A stretch of DNA of 64,000 bases from an uncultured Verrucomicrobiota bacterium (GCA_964522665.1 CAZFVY010000011.1:9564-73563); one strand, 5' to 3'. Counted from the first letter of the stretch, positions 1 through 9,175 are shown. Made by a program: numbers and translations. Notes: generated from the letters alone by a model not told the origin.

Positions 1-192
1 GCGCGCGATCCAGTCGCATACCCGGCGCGCGGTGGGCGCGTCCATCATTTCCGTCCGCCAGGGCGCGGCGTCCACGTGGCAATGCCGGCAGGCTTGATTG
101 CACTTGCGACCGACGTTGACTTGCAGCGTCCGCAAGTCCGCGCGGCGCAGGAGGAGGCCGTGGGCGGCGAGCTGTTCATCAAAACGGTTCAC
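1..192 (-). CDS. arsS: Radical SAM protein of the ArsS/TIGR04167 (arsenosugar biosynthesis) family, 5' part only; runs off the window edge
   Basis: Not in the ORF track. Manual translation from GTG at 192: (M)NRFDEQLAAHGLLLRRADLRTLQVNVGRKCNQACRHCHVDAAPWRTEMMD... has CxxxCxxC in the LQVNVGxxCNQxCxHCHVDA context typical of ArsS. Lies 29 nt downstream of a TIGR04282 gene. Confidence 0.85.
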   Translation of the reverse strand, partial: MNRFDEQLAAHGLLLRRADLRTLQVNVGRKCNQACRHCHVDAAPWRTEMMDAPTARRVCDWIAR

Positions 193-221
193 TCGCGGGC
201 AATATTAGCCGATATGCGCAT

Positions 222-845
222 TTATGCCAGTGGCAATGGCGGCGGCATATTGGCTTGAAGTCTGTGCCAGTCCTCCACGGTGTCCACATCGGCAAGTGGA
301 CGGAGTAAGTGACACTCGAGCCGGGAGGCGGCGCTCCGGTCGAGCGTTTGCCGCAAGACGCTGGACGTGCTCCACTCGATGTTCAAGAAAAGCTGGGGTT
401 GCGGATGGCGCAGGCCAATCAGCCAGTAGCCCCCGTCTTCGGCTGGCCCGAGGACGACATCCACGCGTTCGAGCGCCACCCAAGTCTCCTCGATGTCGCT
501 CGGAGCGATCGCCGGGCAATCGGAGCCGATGACGGCGGCGCGGGTGGCGCCTTCATGAAAAGTCGAGGCGAATGCGCGCGCGAGCCGTTCCCCAAGTCCG
601 CCGTCGCCTTGGGGCGAGGCGCGCCACCCAGGCCGGAGCCAGTGGCTGATCTCGGACTCCGCGTCATCTGGAGAGTAACGCAATTCGACGCCCGGCAGAG
701 GCGCCAAGCGATCCAGCAACGTGTCCACGAGGCGGACGTACGCGGCGCAAGCGGCCGCCGGGCCGATGCTTTGAGCCAGCCGCGTCTTGACGCCGCCCGG
801 TCGCGGCGCTTTGACGAAAACGATGAGCTGCCCGCTGAGGCTCAT
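222..845 (-). CDS. TIGR04282/DUF2064-family glycosyltransferase-like protein (rSAM/arsenosugar-associated)
   Basis: Motifs LIVFVKAPRPGGVKTRL, QGDGGLGERL, IGSDCP, VLGPAEDGGYWLIG, DVDTVED; adjacent to arsS. Confidence 0.9.
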   Translation of the reverse strand: MSLSGQLIVFVKAPRPGGVKTRLAQSIGPAAACAAYVRLVDTLLDRLAPLPGVELRYSPDDAESEISHWLRPGWRASPQGDGGLGERLARAFASTFHEGATRAAVIGSDCPAIAPSDIEETWVALERVDVVLGPAEDGGYWLIGLRHPQPQLFLNIEWSTSSVLRQTLDRSAASRLECHLLRPLADVDTVEDWHRLQANMPPPLPLA

Positions 846-2572
846 GGTTTGGCCGCGGCTTGAACGCTGGCCGCCGGAGCGCTTTGCAAAAAGGCGATCA
901 AATCGGTGTGGCGTCGCAGTGAAAGACTCGGCTCCGCTCCTTCGGGCATCAACGAGAGGCTGGTCGCGCCATCGACCCGGTCGTCAACGCTGTAGCTCAA
1001 TCTGTTCACACCCGCTTGAACATTATCCGTCGTGAAGCCGGTAAAGATTGTTTTAACGACGTTGGCCTTGCCGTCGGCCTCAATATCGATGGCGCCGGGG
1101 TCAACCACGAGTGGCTCGGCGGCAACGAGTTCGACGGTCTGTGCGGCTTTGGCGCGGAGCGACGGAGGCGACTTTTCGGCATTCCGCGGGGGCGGGGATT
1201 CGGCCTTTTCCCGGTCGGAGCGAAATGCTTTCGGAACCAACTCGAGGACGGCTTCGTCGATCAAGTCTTCAATCGTCGGAGCCAGGCGCGCGGGCCGGTC
1301 GTAGTACCAAAGCGAGGTTTCGGCCTCGTAGCCGCCTTCCTTGAGAATTCGGCGAGACGGGATGTAGCACGGAACGTCGTTCGCGTAGCCGTTAATCCAA
1401 AGCCGGGTGGCGTCCAATTCCTGTTTCAGTCGGACTTCATAATCGACCACCACCTCGCCCGCCAGAAAAACCATCGCCAGGTCATCACCGAAATTCCAGA
1501 CCTGCACCCGATAGGGCAGGCGGGTGGGCAGCGTTTCGCCCCGATCGAGGCGGGCGAGGTTTTGCTGCGCGTGAAAACCGACGATACCGCTTTCTTTGGC
1601 GCGTTCCATCCATCGTTCGCGGGTTGGCAGAGGGTCGAATGGTAAATCGAATCGTTTCAAGCGGCACGTCAACGGATGTGTAATTGGCGCAAGATTTTGC
1701 CCCACGATACGAGCGGCCTCCGCGGCGATTTCGTGGCCGTACTGCTTGGCGTGGGCGAGCGTTCCGCGGGGCGAGGGATTGGCGTCCGCGCCGCAACCGA
1801 TCGTGATGAGCGCGACCGCGCCCCGGTGGCTCTGCTGAAATTCTGATTGCGCAAAGCCGGCCCAATCGCCGCAAACCTTGTTAAAATCGCCGCGGAGCGT
1901 GGTGCAGTGGCAGGCGTAATTGGCCACGACGGCGATCAATTGCCCGTCGATCGAACTCGCGCGAAGGACGGGAACGGAGTGGTCGGTCGGCCCACCCGGC
2001 GTGCGGCGATTCTGGGCGAACCCGGCCGTCCCGGCGCCCCAGGCAAGATAGCCCGGGCGACGGGCGCCAAGCGCTTCCAGGGCCACTCGCTCCAAGCGGT
2101 CGGTGAGTTCCCCCGTGTAGCGCTCGATTCGGGCCTGTTGCTCTTCCGGGAGCTTCATGGCGAAGAGGTTCGAGAGGGCGCCGCTCAGGCAGGGGGCGGC
2201 GTGGGTATGCGAGGAGCAAAGGGCGAAGCGTTCCGGTGGCAAACCGGTCTTTCGGTTAAGGCGCGCCGCGACTTCGTCTGTGACGTGCGCGGGAACCCCG
2301 ACGTTATCGACGCTGACCAGGATGGCGAACTCGCGGTCGCCGTTCCCGATCGCGAGGGCTTTGGCGAAGATGGGCGCTTCCACGCCTTCCGACTCGGACT
2401 TCCGCACGGCGTACCCGCTCAGGCGAATCGGGCCGCTGGGCGTGATGTCGATTTGGGCCGCGCCAATCTGAAAGAGCTGGTCCGGTCGCGCGGCGCCGGC
2501 GAAGGCGTCCCCGAAAAACGCCATCGCCAGCGCGCAGATTGGCGCCAGACGCGAGCGAATCGAGCGCTTCAT
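842..2572 (-). CDS. Exported neutral/alkaline ceramidase-like amidohydrolase with a degenerate C-terminal relic of a PVC-type heme protein
   Basis: Signal peptide; IRLSGYA, SHTHAAP, YACHCTTL, GCGADANP, GEVVVDY, YANDVPCYIPS, GGYE motifs. Last ~120 aa resemble PVC-type CxxCH protein fragments. Stop overlaps the next ATG (ATGA). Confidence 0.8.
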   Translation of the reverse strand: MKRSIRSRLAPICALAMAFFGDAFAGAARPDQLFQIGAAQIDITPSGPIRLSGYAVRKSESEGVEAPIFAKALAIGNGDREFAILVSVDNVGVPAHVTDEVAARLNRKTGLPPERFALCSSHTHAAPCLSGALSNLFAMKLPEEQQARIERYTGELTDRLERVALEALGARRPGYLAWGAGTAGFAQNRRTPGGPTDHSVPVLRASSIDGQLIAVVANYACHCTTLRGDFNKVCGDWAGFAQSEFQQSHRGAVALITIGCGADANPSPRGTLAHAKQYGHEIAAEAARIVGQNLAPITHPLTCRLKRFDLPFDPLPTRERWMERAKESGIVGFHAQQNLARLDRGETLPTRLPYRVQVWNFGDDLAMVFLAGEVVVDYEVRLKQELDATRLWINGYANDVPCYIPSRRILKEGGYEAETSLWYYDRPARLAPTIEDLIDEAVLELVPKAFRSDREKAESPPPRNAEKSPPSLRAKAAQTVELVAAEPLVVDPGAIDIEADGKANVVKTIFTGFTTDNVQAGVNRLSYSVDDRVDGATSLSLMPEGAEPSLSLRRHTDLIAFLQSAPAASVQAAAKP

Positions 2573-2618
2573 TTTTCGGGAGGATGAATTGGATGTCCGC
2601 GCCGCCCCCCCCCCGCGC

Positions 2619-3149
2619 TTACAATTGGTCTTCTTTATTCTTGAAGAGCAGGTTGAACGTGGTCATTGAGCCATAGCAGCGCGAAATGTATTGTTGAAGT
2701 TCCACTTTGTCGCCGTCGGTGAGCTTTTCGTGGGCGTTGATCTTTTGCTCCAGAACGCGGAGGTTGTTCCGCATCATGACGATCTTGTGGAAAAAGACCT
2801 CGAGCGGGACCTCCTTCGTTTGCAGCGTTGGGTCGGCGGGGTGCAGGACCATGTGACCCGCGTGCCAGCGCTGGCCGAGTTGATCGACGAAAGACTCTGG
2901 CTTTTCCAAGCCCAATTCCTTGATCGCGGCGGCAACAATCTGGTCAATAAAGCCAGCGAGGGTTCCTTCCAGCCCGGAGACCGCGACCACCGGCTCTGCC
3001 GGTTCGAGCCCGCTGCTGATCGGCTCGACCGTCCGCTTGCCGTCGTCAAAGATCAGTTCGGCGGTGTGTTCTGAGATGGTCTTGACGGTCCCCACTCCGT
3101 ATTGGGGATGCCGCGCTTTCATACCGACATGGAGGGCTTCGATTTTCAT
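2619..3149 (-). CDS. Conserved hypothetical protein: N-terminal SH3-like 'HPQYGVG' module plus helical C-terminal domain
   Basis: Start moved to MKIEALHVG (3149); the upstream ORF-track extension overlaps the divergent gene. C-terminal FFHKIVMMRNNLRVLEQKIN...QQYISRCYGSMTTFNLLF looks like a conserved family. Confidence 0.75.
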   Translation of the reverse strand: MKIEALHVGMKARHPQYGVGTVKTISEHTAELIFDDGKRTVEPISSGLEPAEPVVAVSGLEGTLAGFIDQIVAAAIKELGLEKPESFVDQLGQRWHAGHMVLHPADPTLQTKEVPLEVFFHKIVMMRNNLRVLEQKINAHEKLTDGDKVELQQYISRCYGSMTTFNLLFKNKEDQL

Positions 3150-3222
3150 TTTCAATTGGAATTCCTGCGTTCGATGACACATGATATATAAAACCAGATC
3201 AATTTTAAAAGAAAGCCATCCA

Positions 3223-3759
3223 ATGAGCCGCCGAGGATTCGTAATGACCGTTTGCCTTTTCCTGGTGGCGCTCACCACGCCGCTCCACGCCCAGTATTCC
3301 AACCCGCCCGGGCTGCCCGCCAAAGCGTCGAACCCCCAAAAGCCGAAAGAGCCATTGGCGCTCAGCGTCGAAATCGGCGCGGTTGTGCGCAAATACGTCG
3401 AAAAGCGGTTGCTGGTGTCAGGCGGGGTATTCCCACTCCGGGACGGCGCTCAGGTGCTTTCTCTTAGGATGACGGGGTTGCACGACCAAACGGTCACCAG
3501 CGTGGCTACCAACGTCTATGTCACCTGCGCCGAATTCCGCGGGACCGATGGCCTGAATTACGACGTGGACTTCTACGTGCAGGGGAGGCCTGGGCTGTTT
3601 AACGTCATTATGCAGCCGCGCGTCCACATCGCCGACAACAAACCTCGCTACGAGTGGCGCGAGGGCAAGAACGGCTATTGGACCCCGTCGCCCGTGAAAC
3701 CGCCGCCAGAAAAAAAGGCCCCTGGCGCTCCTTCGCTCGCGCCGCGATCCGCGCCTTAA
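3223..3759 (+). CDS. Exported hypothetical protein
   Basis: Signal peptide MSRRGFVMTVCLFLVALTTPLHA, Pro-rich linker, globular core (CAEF, YDVDFYV, KPRYEW), Pro-rich tail. Confidence 0.7.
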   Translation: MSRRGFVMTVCLFLVALTTPLHAQYSNPPGLPAKASNPQKPKEPLALSVEIGAVVRKYVEKRLLVSGGVFPLRDGAQVLSLRMTGLHDQTVTSVATNVYVTCAEFRGTDGLNYDVDFYVQGRPGLFNVIMQPRVHIADNKPRYEWREGKNGYWTPSPVKPPPEKKAPGAPSLAPRSAP

Positions 3760-3893
3760 CAGGCCGTTAGAGTTGAGCCTTTGTCACGGCGCACTTTAAG
3801 GAGCTACTAGATTTACCTCGACGCCAAGCGATCGGACTGGGATTGCGCGGCGACGAACGGCTAAGCATTTGGCGCGTGAGCGCCTGCCTGCCG

Positions 3894-5924
3894 TTAACGC
3901 TCGGAGTTTTCCGCGATTCGCCGCGGGTCAACGATCTTGAGCGCACTCCATTCACCGGTTTCCAGAGCACCCACCAGCGCCCGTGCCTTGATTTTTCCGG
4001 CGTTTTTCTGGGCGAACGGCGCCGAGTACTTTTGAGCGGTCGGCGCGAGTTGGCCGCCGGGCAAACGCGGGTCACCGCTTTCGAGGCAATAATAAATCGT
4101 ACCAGCGGGAGCGTTGAGGCTGATTTGTCCGTTGTCCAACTTCGCGGCCGGCGCGGCGATCTGAGGAAAAAGGTGGCGCCGCTGGAATTGCTCGATCACC
4201 ACCGCGGTGCGTTGCGGAAAGTACTCGGTTAAGAGCCGCTTGATCTCCGGCTTCCAGTGCTGTTCAACGTCGTAATCCTCGAACGGTCCGATGCGGTAGG
4301 GATGGATATCCTTTCGGTAGCTTCCCCAACGCGCGGCTTCGGCGACTACGGCGGGCGCCAGCTCCTGGGCGCGGCGCTGGTAACGCTCCGCGGCTCGCTC
4401 CGGCGTCAAAGCCCCCCCATCAAAGAGATGGCGTTGAACTCGGTCCGCAAAGAGCAGCCGAAACTCGGGATTCTCGCTGAGTTTATGGAACAGCCGGGGC
4501 GGACTTTGATCGTCATCGTAGTCGATCGAATCATCCCGGACGCCTTCCAGCGTGCGCTCGCCGTCCCAAATGAAAAACTGGAACGGCCCGTCGGTATCAC
4601 GCCGGCGAGCGGCGTACCAATTCGAGCTGTGGTCCCAATCAGCGTTGGCTCCGTAAAAATTGGCGATCATGTAGTCGATGAATTCGGGCAGATCGAGATA
4701 CGGTTTGAAGCGTTCGTATTTGGCGGCGGTTTCCAGGCCGGCGTTCGCCAGAGCGAGCATGTGGTTCCATTCGGCGTGATCACCCGAGAGAAGCTTCTCA
4801 CCCTTGCGCGACTCGTAATCCTCCGGGGAGCCGCCTTCGTTGGCCGCCACGAACGGAGCGCTCGGGCGTTCGGTCAAATCGTACACGCCCCAGTATAAGC
4901 CGTTCAGATAGAGATGAACGAAAAAGCCGCGGGCCGACGGGTGTTTCATCGCGCGCAGCGTGTCGCGCATCCACTCGTCCCGCGCATAGTCGGCGCGCCG
5001 GCGCTCCTCGGCGCTCCAGTGGAGCCACGAATTATTGTTTCCGCCGCGCAGGATAACCGTGCTGAATTCTTGGGCTCCATCCGCTCCAAATAATGGAAAC
5101 CGCAGAAGGCGCGGGCCGTACTCTTTTTTAAAGACCAGGCGAAAGGAATGCTTAGGACTCTCGGCGGGCTTACGATTCCATCCGCCTTGAGTTCGCAAAC
5201 CGCAATTGATTTGAAACCCCGCGCGGCCATCCGGGTAAATCAACTCGACGGACGCCGGCCGCTCCCAGGCGCTGCCGTTTTCTTTCGGGTTCGCGTAAAT
5301 GCCCGACTGGTTATCGAAGAGGCTCGCTTGGTCGGCGCTGATCGAGACGGTGGGCAACGCGCGCAACGCGGCCGCCAAAGCGTCCCGGGTGGTGGAGCGA
5401 GCGCCGGCTTGCGACTTCACTAAGTAATAGGACACCACCGGCACGCCGTTGGTTTGTCCCCAGGATGTCGGGAACCCGGCTCCAGTTTGATCGATGACTT
5501 GCGCGGGGAAGATGTAGGAATAGGCGTGAACTTCCGAGGGCGCCAGACCCGGCTTCGTGGCCACGGTGCGCAGCACGGTGGTCATGGATAGAGTAATCGG
5601 ATTTTGGTACGGAATGCCCGAAGCCTCGCTCGGTGTGGCGCCGTTTGTGGTATAAAAGATGGCCGCGCCTTTGGTATCGCTCGTGAAGGTGACGGTGATC
5701 GGATGGTCGTACCAGCCTCGCTTTTGATCGGGTTTCGCATGAGCGGTCGTTTGCGTGACCGAAGCGAGCTTGGGCGAACGAGGTTTGGCTTTTGTGGGGA
5801 GATCATCGGCTCCGTCCGAATCTGTGGGTGAGGCGCCAAGGCTTGACGTCACGGTCCCGAGCGGTACGAGTAAGGCGACGGCAAAGCCGAGCCAGACCCC
5901 GAACACCGAATTGAAGCGCTTCAT
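3894..5924 (-). CDS. CotH-kinase-family exported protein with flanking chitobiase/Fn3-associated domains
   Basis: IFYTTNGATP...YQNPI domain; KHSFRLVF, LRGGNNNS, HLYLNGLYWGVYDLTER, WDGERT; second IYY...DPR domain at the C-terminus. Confidence 0.85.
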   Translation of the reverse strand: MKRFNSVFGVWLGFAVALLVPLGTVTSSLGASPTDSDGADDLPTKAKPRSPKLASVTQTTAHAKPDQKRGWYDHPITVTFTSDTKGAAIFYTTNGATPSEASGIPYQNPITLSMTTVLRTVATKPGLAPSEVHAYSYIFPAQVIDQTGAGFPTSWGQTNGVPVVSYYLVKSQAGARSTTRDALAAALRALPTVSISADQASLFDNQSGIYANPKENGSAWERPASVELIYPDGRAGFQINCGLRTQGGWNRKPAESPKHSFRLVFKKEYGPRLLRFPLFGADGAQEFSTVILRGGNNNSWLHWSAEERRRADYARDEWMRDTLRAMKHPSARGFFVHLYLNGLYWGVYDLTERPSAPFVAANEGGSPEDYESRKGEKLLSGDHAEWNHMLALANAGLETAAKYERFKPYLDLPEFIDYMIANFYGANADWDHSSNWYAARRRDTDGPFQFFIWDGERTLEGVRDDSIDYDDDQSPPRLFHKLSENPEFRLLFADRVQRHLFDGGALTPERAAERYQRRAQELAPAVVAEAARWGSYRKDIHPYRIGPFEDYDVEQHWKPEIKRLLTEYFPQRTAVVIEQFQRRHLFPQIAAPAAKLDNGQISLNAPAGTIYYCLESGDPRLPGGQLAPTAQKYSAPFAQKNAGKIKARALVGALETGEWSALKIVDPRRIAENSER

Positions 5925-5935
5925 CCGGGAAAACC

Positions 5936-6724
5936 TTACGCTTGATTCAGGCGCACGACAATCGAAGAACCGGGCTTCAAGCGCAGGCGCTTCGCGGCAT
6001 GTCCGGCGTTGACCGCAATTTCGAGAAATCCGCTCGAGCCGATGATGCCAAGGGGGCGGCCAGCCTTGACGGCCTGGTAGCAGGCCGCCAGGCGAAAGGC
6101 GGCATGGCCCCGGACGGCGATCCTCGCGTCAACCATCGAATTCACGGGAAGGTTCGACGCGGAGATGTTGGAAATCGCATTTCCGAAATGATCGACGCAC
6201 ATCACCTCGCCGCGAATCTCCCGGAGATCCGCCGTTGGCGCGGGCCAAGGCAAACGAATGAAATCGTCGCCGGCCGGCCCGAGAGACTGGATTGGGACGC
6301 CCAAGCTCAGGTGGGCGGCCACTGGCGCAAAAATGTCGCGCCCATGAAAGGTTTGACTTACCGGTAAGCGCCAGTAGCGGCTGTTTTCCAATCGGCACAC
6401 CCGATGGATGGTTTCGTTTCGGAGCGCCCACGAGAGCAGGCCATTATCCGGACCGACGAAATGGTAGTTATTGGTCTCCACCGCGATCGCCGGGCGCGCG
6501 CTGCCGACGCCCGGATCGATCACCGCGACATGGACCGTTCCACGGGGAAAGCAGTAATAGCCGGCCGCGAGGACGAACGCGCCGCGGCGAATGTCCCCGG
6601 GCGCGAGGTCGTGTGTGATATCTACCACCTTTGCGTTCGGATCGACGCTGGCGATGACCCCTTTCATCGCGCCGACAAACCAATCGCGAGAACCAAAATC
6701 GGTCGTCAGGGTAATAACGCTCAT
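5936..6724 (-). CDS. SAM hydroxide adenosyltransferase (DUF62, chlorinase/fluorinase superfamily)
   Basis: ITLTTDFG, VIDPGVGSAR, GPDNG, TFHGRDIF, DHFGN, GSSGFLEIAVN; Asp-Arg-His triad of the hydroxide subtype. Confidence 0.9.
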   Translation of the reverse strand: MSVITLTTDFGSRDWFVGAMKGVIASVDPNAKVVDITHDLAPGDIRRGAFVLAAGYYCFPRGTVHVAVIDPGVGSARPAIAVETNNYHFVGPDNGLLSWALRNETIHRVCRLENSRYWRLPVSQTFHGRDIFAPVAAHLSLGVPIQSLGPAGDDFIRLPWPAPTADLREIRGEVMCVDHFGNAISNISASNLPVNSMVDARIAVRGHAAFRLAACYQAVKAGRPLGIIGSSGFLEIAVNAGHAAKRLRLKPGSSIVVRLNQA

Positions 6725-6840
6725 CTCGCCAAAGCCACGCCGGCGGAGCGTAACGTTACCTTGGCGTACGCACAAATGAGTTTATCGAGTTCGTTTGCGG
6801 AGCGCGGGTGGCAAAACGCGGCGACGAGGGGGGGCCGAAC

Positions 6841-7794
6841 CTACGGCGCCAACGGCTGCGCCGCCCGGATGCGAAAGAATCGTTGACCCGGAACGGGCGC
6901 CTCCGGGATCGGAAGCGTGAGAGTCGTAAGACCCGAATTCGCGGTTAACCAACCGAGACCGATGTCGGTCCATTGATTCGTCAAGCCGAGGGCGCTGGCT
7001 GCCTCAATGCGGTAGGTCCTGGTCGGGCGAGTCGTCCAAGTCAACTGCAACGCGTCAGACTCCCGCGTGGGCGCCAGCGAGACAATGCGCAGGTAATCGT
7101 TTGGATCGGTGGGGTCGGTGTCGGCGAGGTATTCTTCCAAGTCAGTTACACCGTCATGGTCGTAGTCGCCGGTCGCGCTGAAAACGTCGAGACTCGTCGC
7201 GTACGTCAACTCCCAGGCGTCAGGGATGCCGTCGCCGTCCGAATCCTCGCCCGGATCGATGGAATCCGCCTGAATGAAAAAGGCGCTGCCTTCCAGGCTG
7301 ATCCAGCCGGCGTTGGCGCTGTAAATCGCGCCCGATGCCCGACCGGTGAGGAAATCGACGCGCGCCGCCCCAACGCCCTCGAAGTTCAGCCAACCGACGT
7401 TGGCGGCGTACGCGAATCCGCGGAGGTTGCCGGCGGAGTCAACGTTAACACCAAAATCATTCGCCGAGTCGTTTTGGTAGTGGACGCGGTTCGCCGGATG
7501 CCCGCTTCCGAGGTTGATCCAGCCAATTTGTGGCCCATAAAGGAAACCGGAACAAATGTAGCGGCCGATCTTTGCTCCCGAAGCGGCGTCCGGGCGCCAA
7601 TTGATCCAACCGACGCTGTCGCCCCAGGCGAAGGAATTCGTGGGGTTGATATTCGATTGGGCCAGAGCCGAGGCGGCGAGCACGCTCGCCAGCATTGAGA
7701 ATATTCCCACGCGTGCGAATCGTTTCGAGCGCGGCGTGGGCGCGCCGTGCGCTGGGCGGGCTGATCGCTCCGGGTCAGGCGCGGCGGTATTCAT
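6841..7794 (-). CDS. Exported protein with four GW[IL][NS] repeats, DxDGDG Ca-binding-type motifs and a C-terminal 'FFR' module
   Basis: AWGDSVGWINW / LYGPQIGWINL / AYAANVGWLNF / IYSANAGWISL; DSDGDGIPDAWE, DYDHDGVTDLEEY; ends QRFFRIRAAQP. Confidence 0.8.
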   Translation of the reverse strand: MNTAAPDPERSARPAHGAPTPRSKRFARVGIFSMLASVLAASALAQSNINPTNSFAWGDSVGWINWRPDAASGAKIGRYICSGFLYGPQIGWINLGSGHPANRVHYQNDSANDFGVNVDSAGNLRGFAYAANVGWLNFEGVGAARVDFLTGRASGAIYSANAGWISLEGSAFFIQADSIDPGEDSDGDGIPDAWELTYATSLDVFSATGDYDHDGVTDLEEYLADTDPTDPNDYLRIVSLAPTRESDALQLTWTTRPTRTYRIEAASALGLTNQWTDIGLGWLTANSGLTTLTLPIPEAPVPGQRFFRIRAAQPLAP

Positions 7795-7967
7795 CGTATG
7801 ACGCTGGGCGCGAGTTGGCGCAACCGTGGGTCGATTGGGCGGCAGAACGCCGGCGGCCGAGCAGTCGCGTAAAAAGTTTGGTTAATTTGGCGGCCGCGCA
7901 GCGCTGGCGGCGCGGCGACGCGACCTTGAAAAAATGACGGACCTTCATCGGGCGAATAAATATAGGT

Positions 7968-9140
7968 TCAATAATCGAAGTTCATCCAAGGGTTGGAGAC
8001 CTGGTCGGTGGGGACGCCACTGAAGATCGGCCCGAGGGTGGCGGCGCCGCTGCTAAAGTAGTTGATCGTACTGTTCGCGGCGGTGTTGCGAATCAGCAGA
8101 TTGCCGGCCGCGTCCACGCTGACGCCACGATCGTTCGCCGCGACGTGATTGTCTTTGATGCAATTATCAACTCCGGTGACATGGATTCCGGCGGCGTCGC
8201 GAGCGTTGAAGTTATTGTTGCACTGGTCGCCGGTAATGGTGCATTGCGAGGTCGCCAGGATGCCGTCGCCGGCATTGCCGAGCGCGGCGCAATTGCTGAC
8301 GGTGCTCCCGTTGCCGACGCGGATCCCCGATCCGACGTTGCCGCGCGATCGGCAGTCGTCAACCTTGGATTCTCCTCCCGCAGCGATGCCATCCTGGACG
8401 TTCGCGGACGCCAGACATTTGTTTAGGTCGGCGTTGGCGCCGGCCACGATCCCGTTCAGGCCGTTGCTGATCGCGGCGCAGTCGCTGAACTCGCACGAGC
8501 CGCCGCAAGAGTATCCCGATCCGAGGTTGTAGGAGCTAACGCAATGAGTGAGGCGGCTGCGATCGCCCGTCACGATCCCGTGAATTGAATTTCCGCGCGC
8601 GGCGCAATCGTTAAGAGTCCCATCACTTGCCAAGCTCACGCCAATTCCCGTATTCGATTGGAACTGGCATCGATTGACGGCGCAACTCGCCCCGGCAATC
8701 AACCCGGCGCCGTTGTTCGAGACTCGCAGATCGTCGAACCGACACTCGGCGGCATTGGTCGCGGCGACGCCGACGCTCCAATTGCGGATGGTCCCGTCGC
8801 GTACCGCGACGTTCTGAGCGCCGTCGGAAATTGTGATTCCACCGGTCGCTTGAGTAGCGCCCGCGAGGACGAATCCCATTAGATCCAGAGTGACGTCGCT
8901 GGCGGAAATCGAGATGCCCTGACCACCGGTCAGATTGGTGGTGAGGTAATAGGAACCGGGCGCGGTGATCTGGAACGGCAGCGAGCCGATCGGGGTGCGC
9001 GGCTCAATTTGGGCGAGGGTTTTCATGGTCGGCCCAGGGGGACCGGGCGGAATCAAACTGCCTTGCGCCAAGGTGGATGCGGAATTGACGAACCAACCGC
9101 AAACAGCGATGAGAGCGAGAGAGAGCTGGGGTAATTTCAT
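7968..9140 (-). CDS. Exported right-handed parallel beta-helix repeat protein
   Basis: Signal peptide MKLPQLSLALIAV; PPGPPGPTMKTLAQIEPRTPI leader; about ten ~22-aa repeats (C-x-A-x-x-N-x-x-x-GI). Start moved so it does not overlap the upstream gene. Confidence 0.85.
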   Translation of the reverse strand: MKLPQLSLALIAVCGWFVNSASTLAQGSLIPPGPPGPTMKTLAQIEPRTPIGSLPFQITAPGSYYLTTNLTGGQGISISASDVTLDLMGFVLAGATQATGGITISDGAQNVAVRDGTIRNWSVGVAATNAAECRFDDLRVSNNGAGLIAGASCAVNRCQFQSNTGIGVSLASDGTLNDCAARGNSIHGIVTGDRSRLTHCVSSYNLGSGYSCGGSCEFSDCAAISNGLNGIVAGANADLNKCLASANVQDGIAAGGESKVDDCRSRGNVGSGIRVGNGSTVSNCAALGNAGDGILATSQCTITGDQCNNNFNARDAAGIHVTGVDNCIKDNHVAANDRGVSVDAAGNLLIRNTAANSTINYFSSGAATLGPIFSGVPTDQVSNPWMNFDY

Positions 9141-9175
9141 ACGGGCCAAACGGTTAAATTGGAACGTAATGCCGC

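Noticed and set aside
193-221. Selenocysteine read-through into arsS via the upstream ATG...TGA mini-ORF
   Set aside because: That ORF (ATG 221) is out of frame with arsS, and the visible arsS part has no in-frame TGA.
5936-6724. Fluorinase/chlorinase (halogenated natural product)
   Set aside because: TFHGRD and the Asp-Arg-His triad indicate the common hydroxide (DUF62) subtype; no biosynthetic cluster around it. A link to arsS 5 kb away is unsupported.
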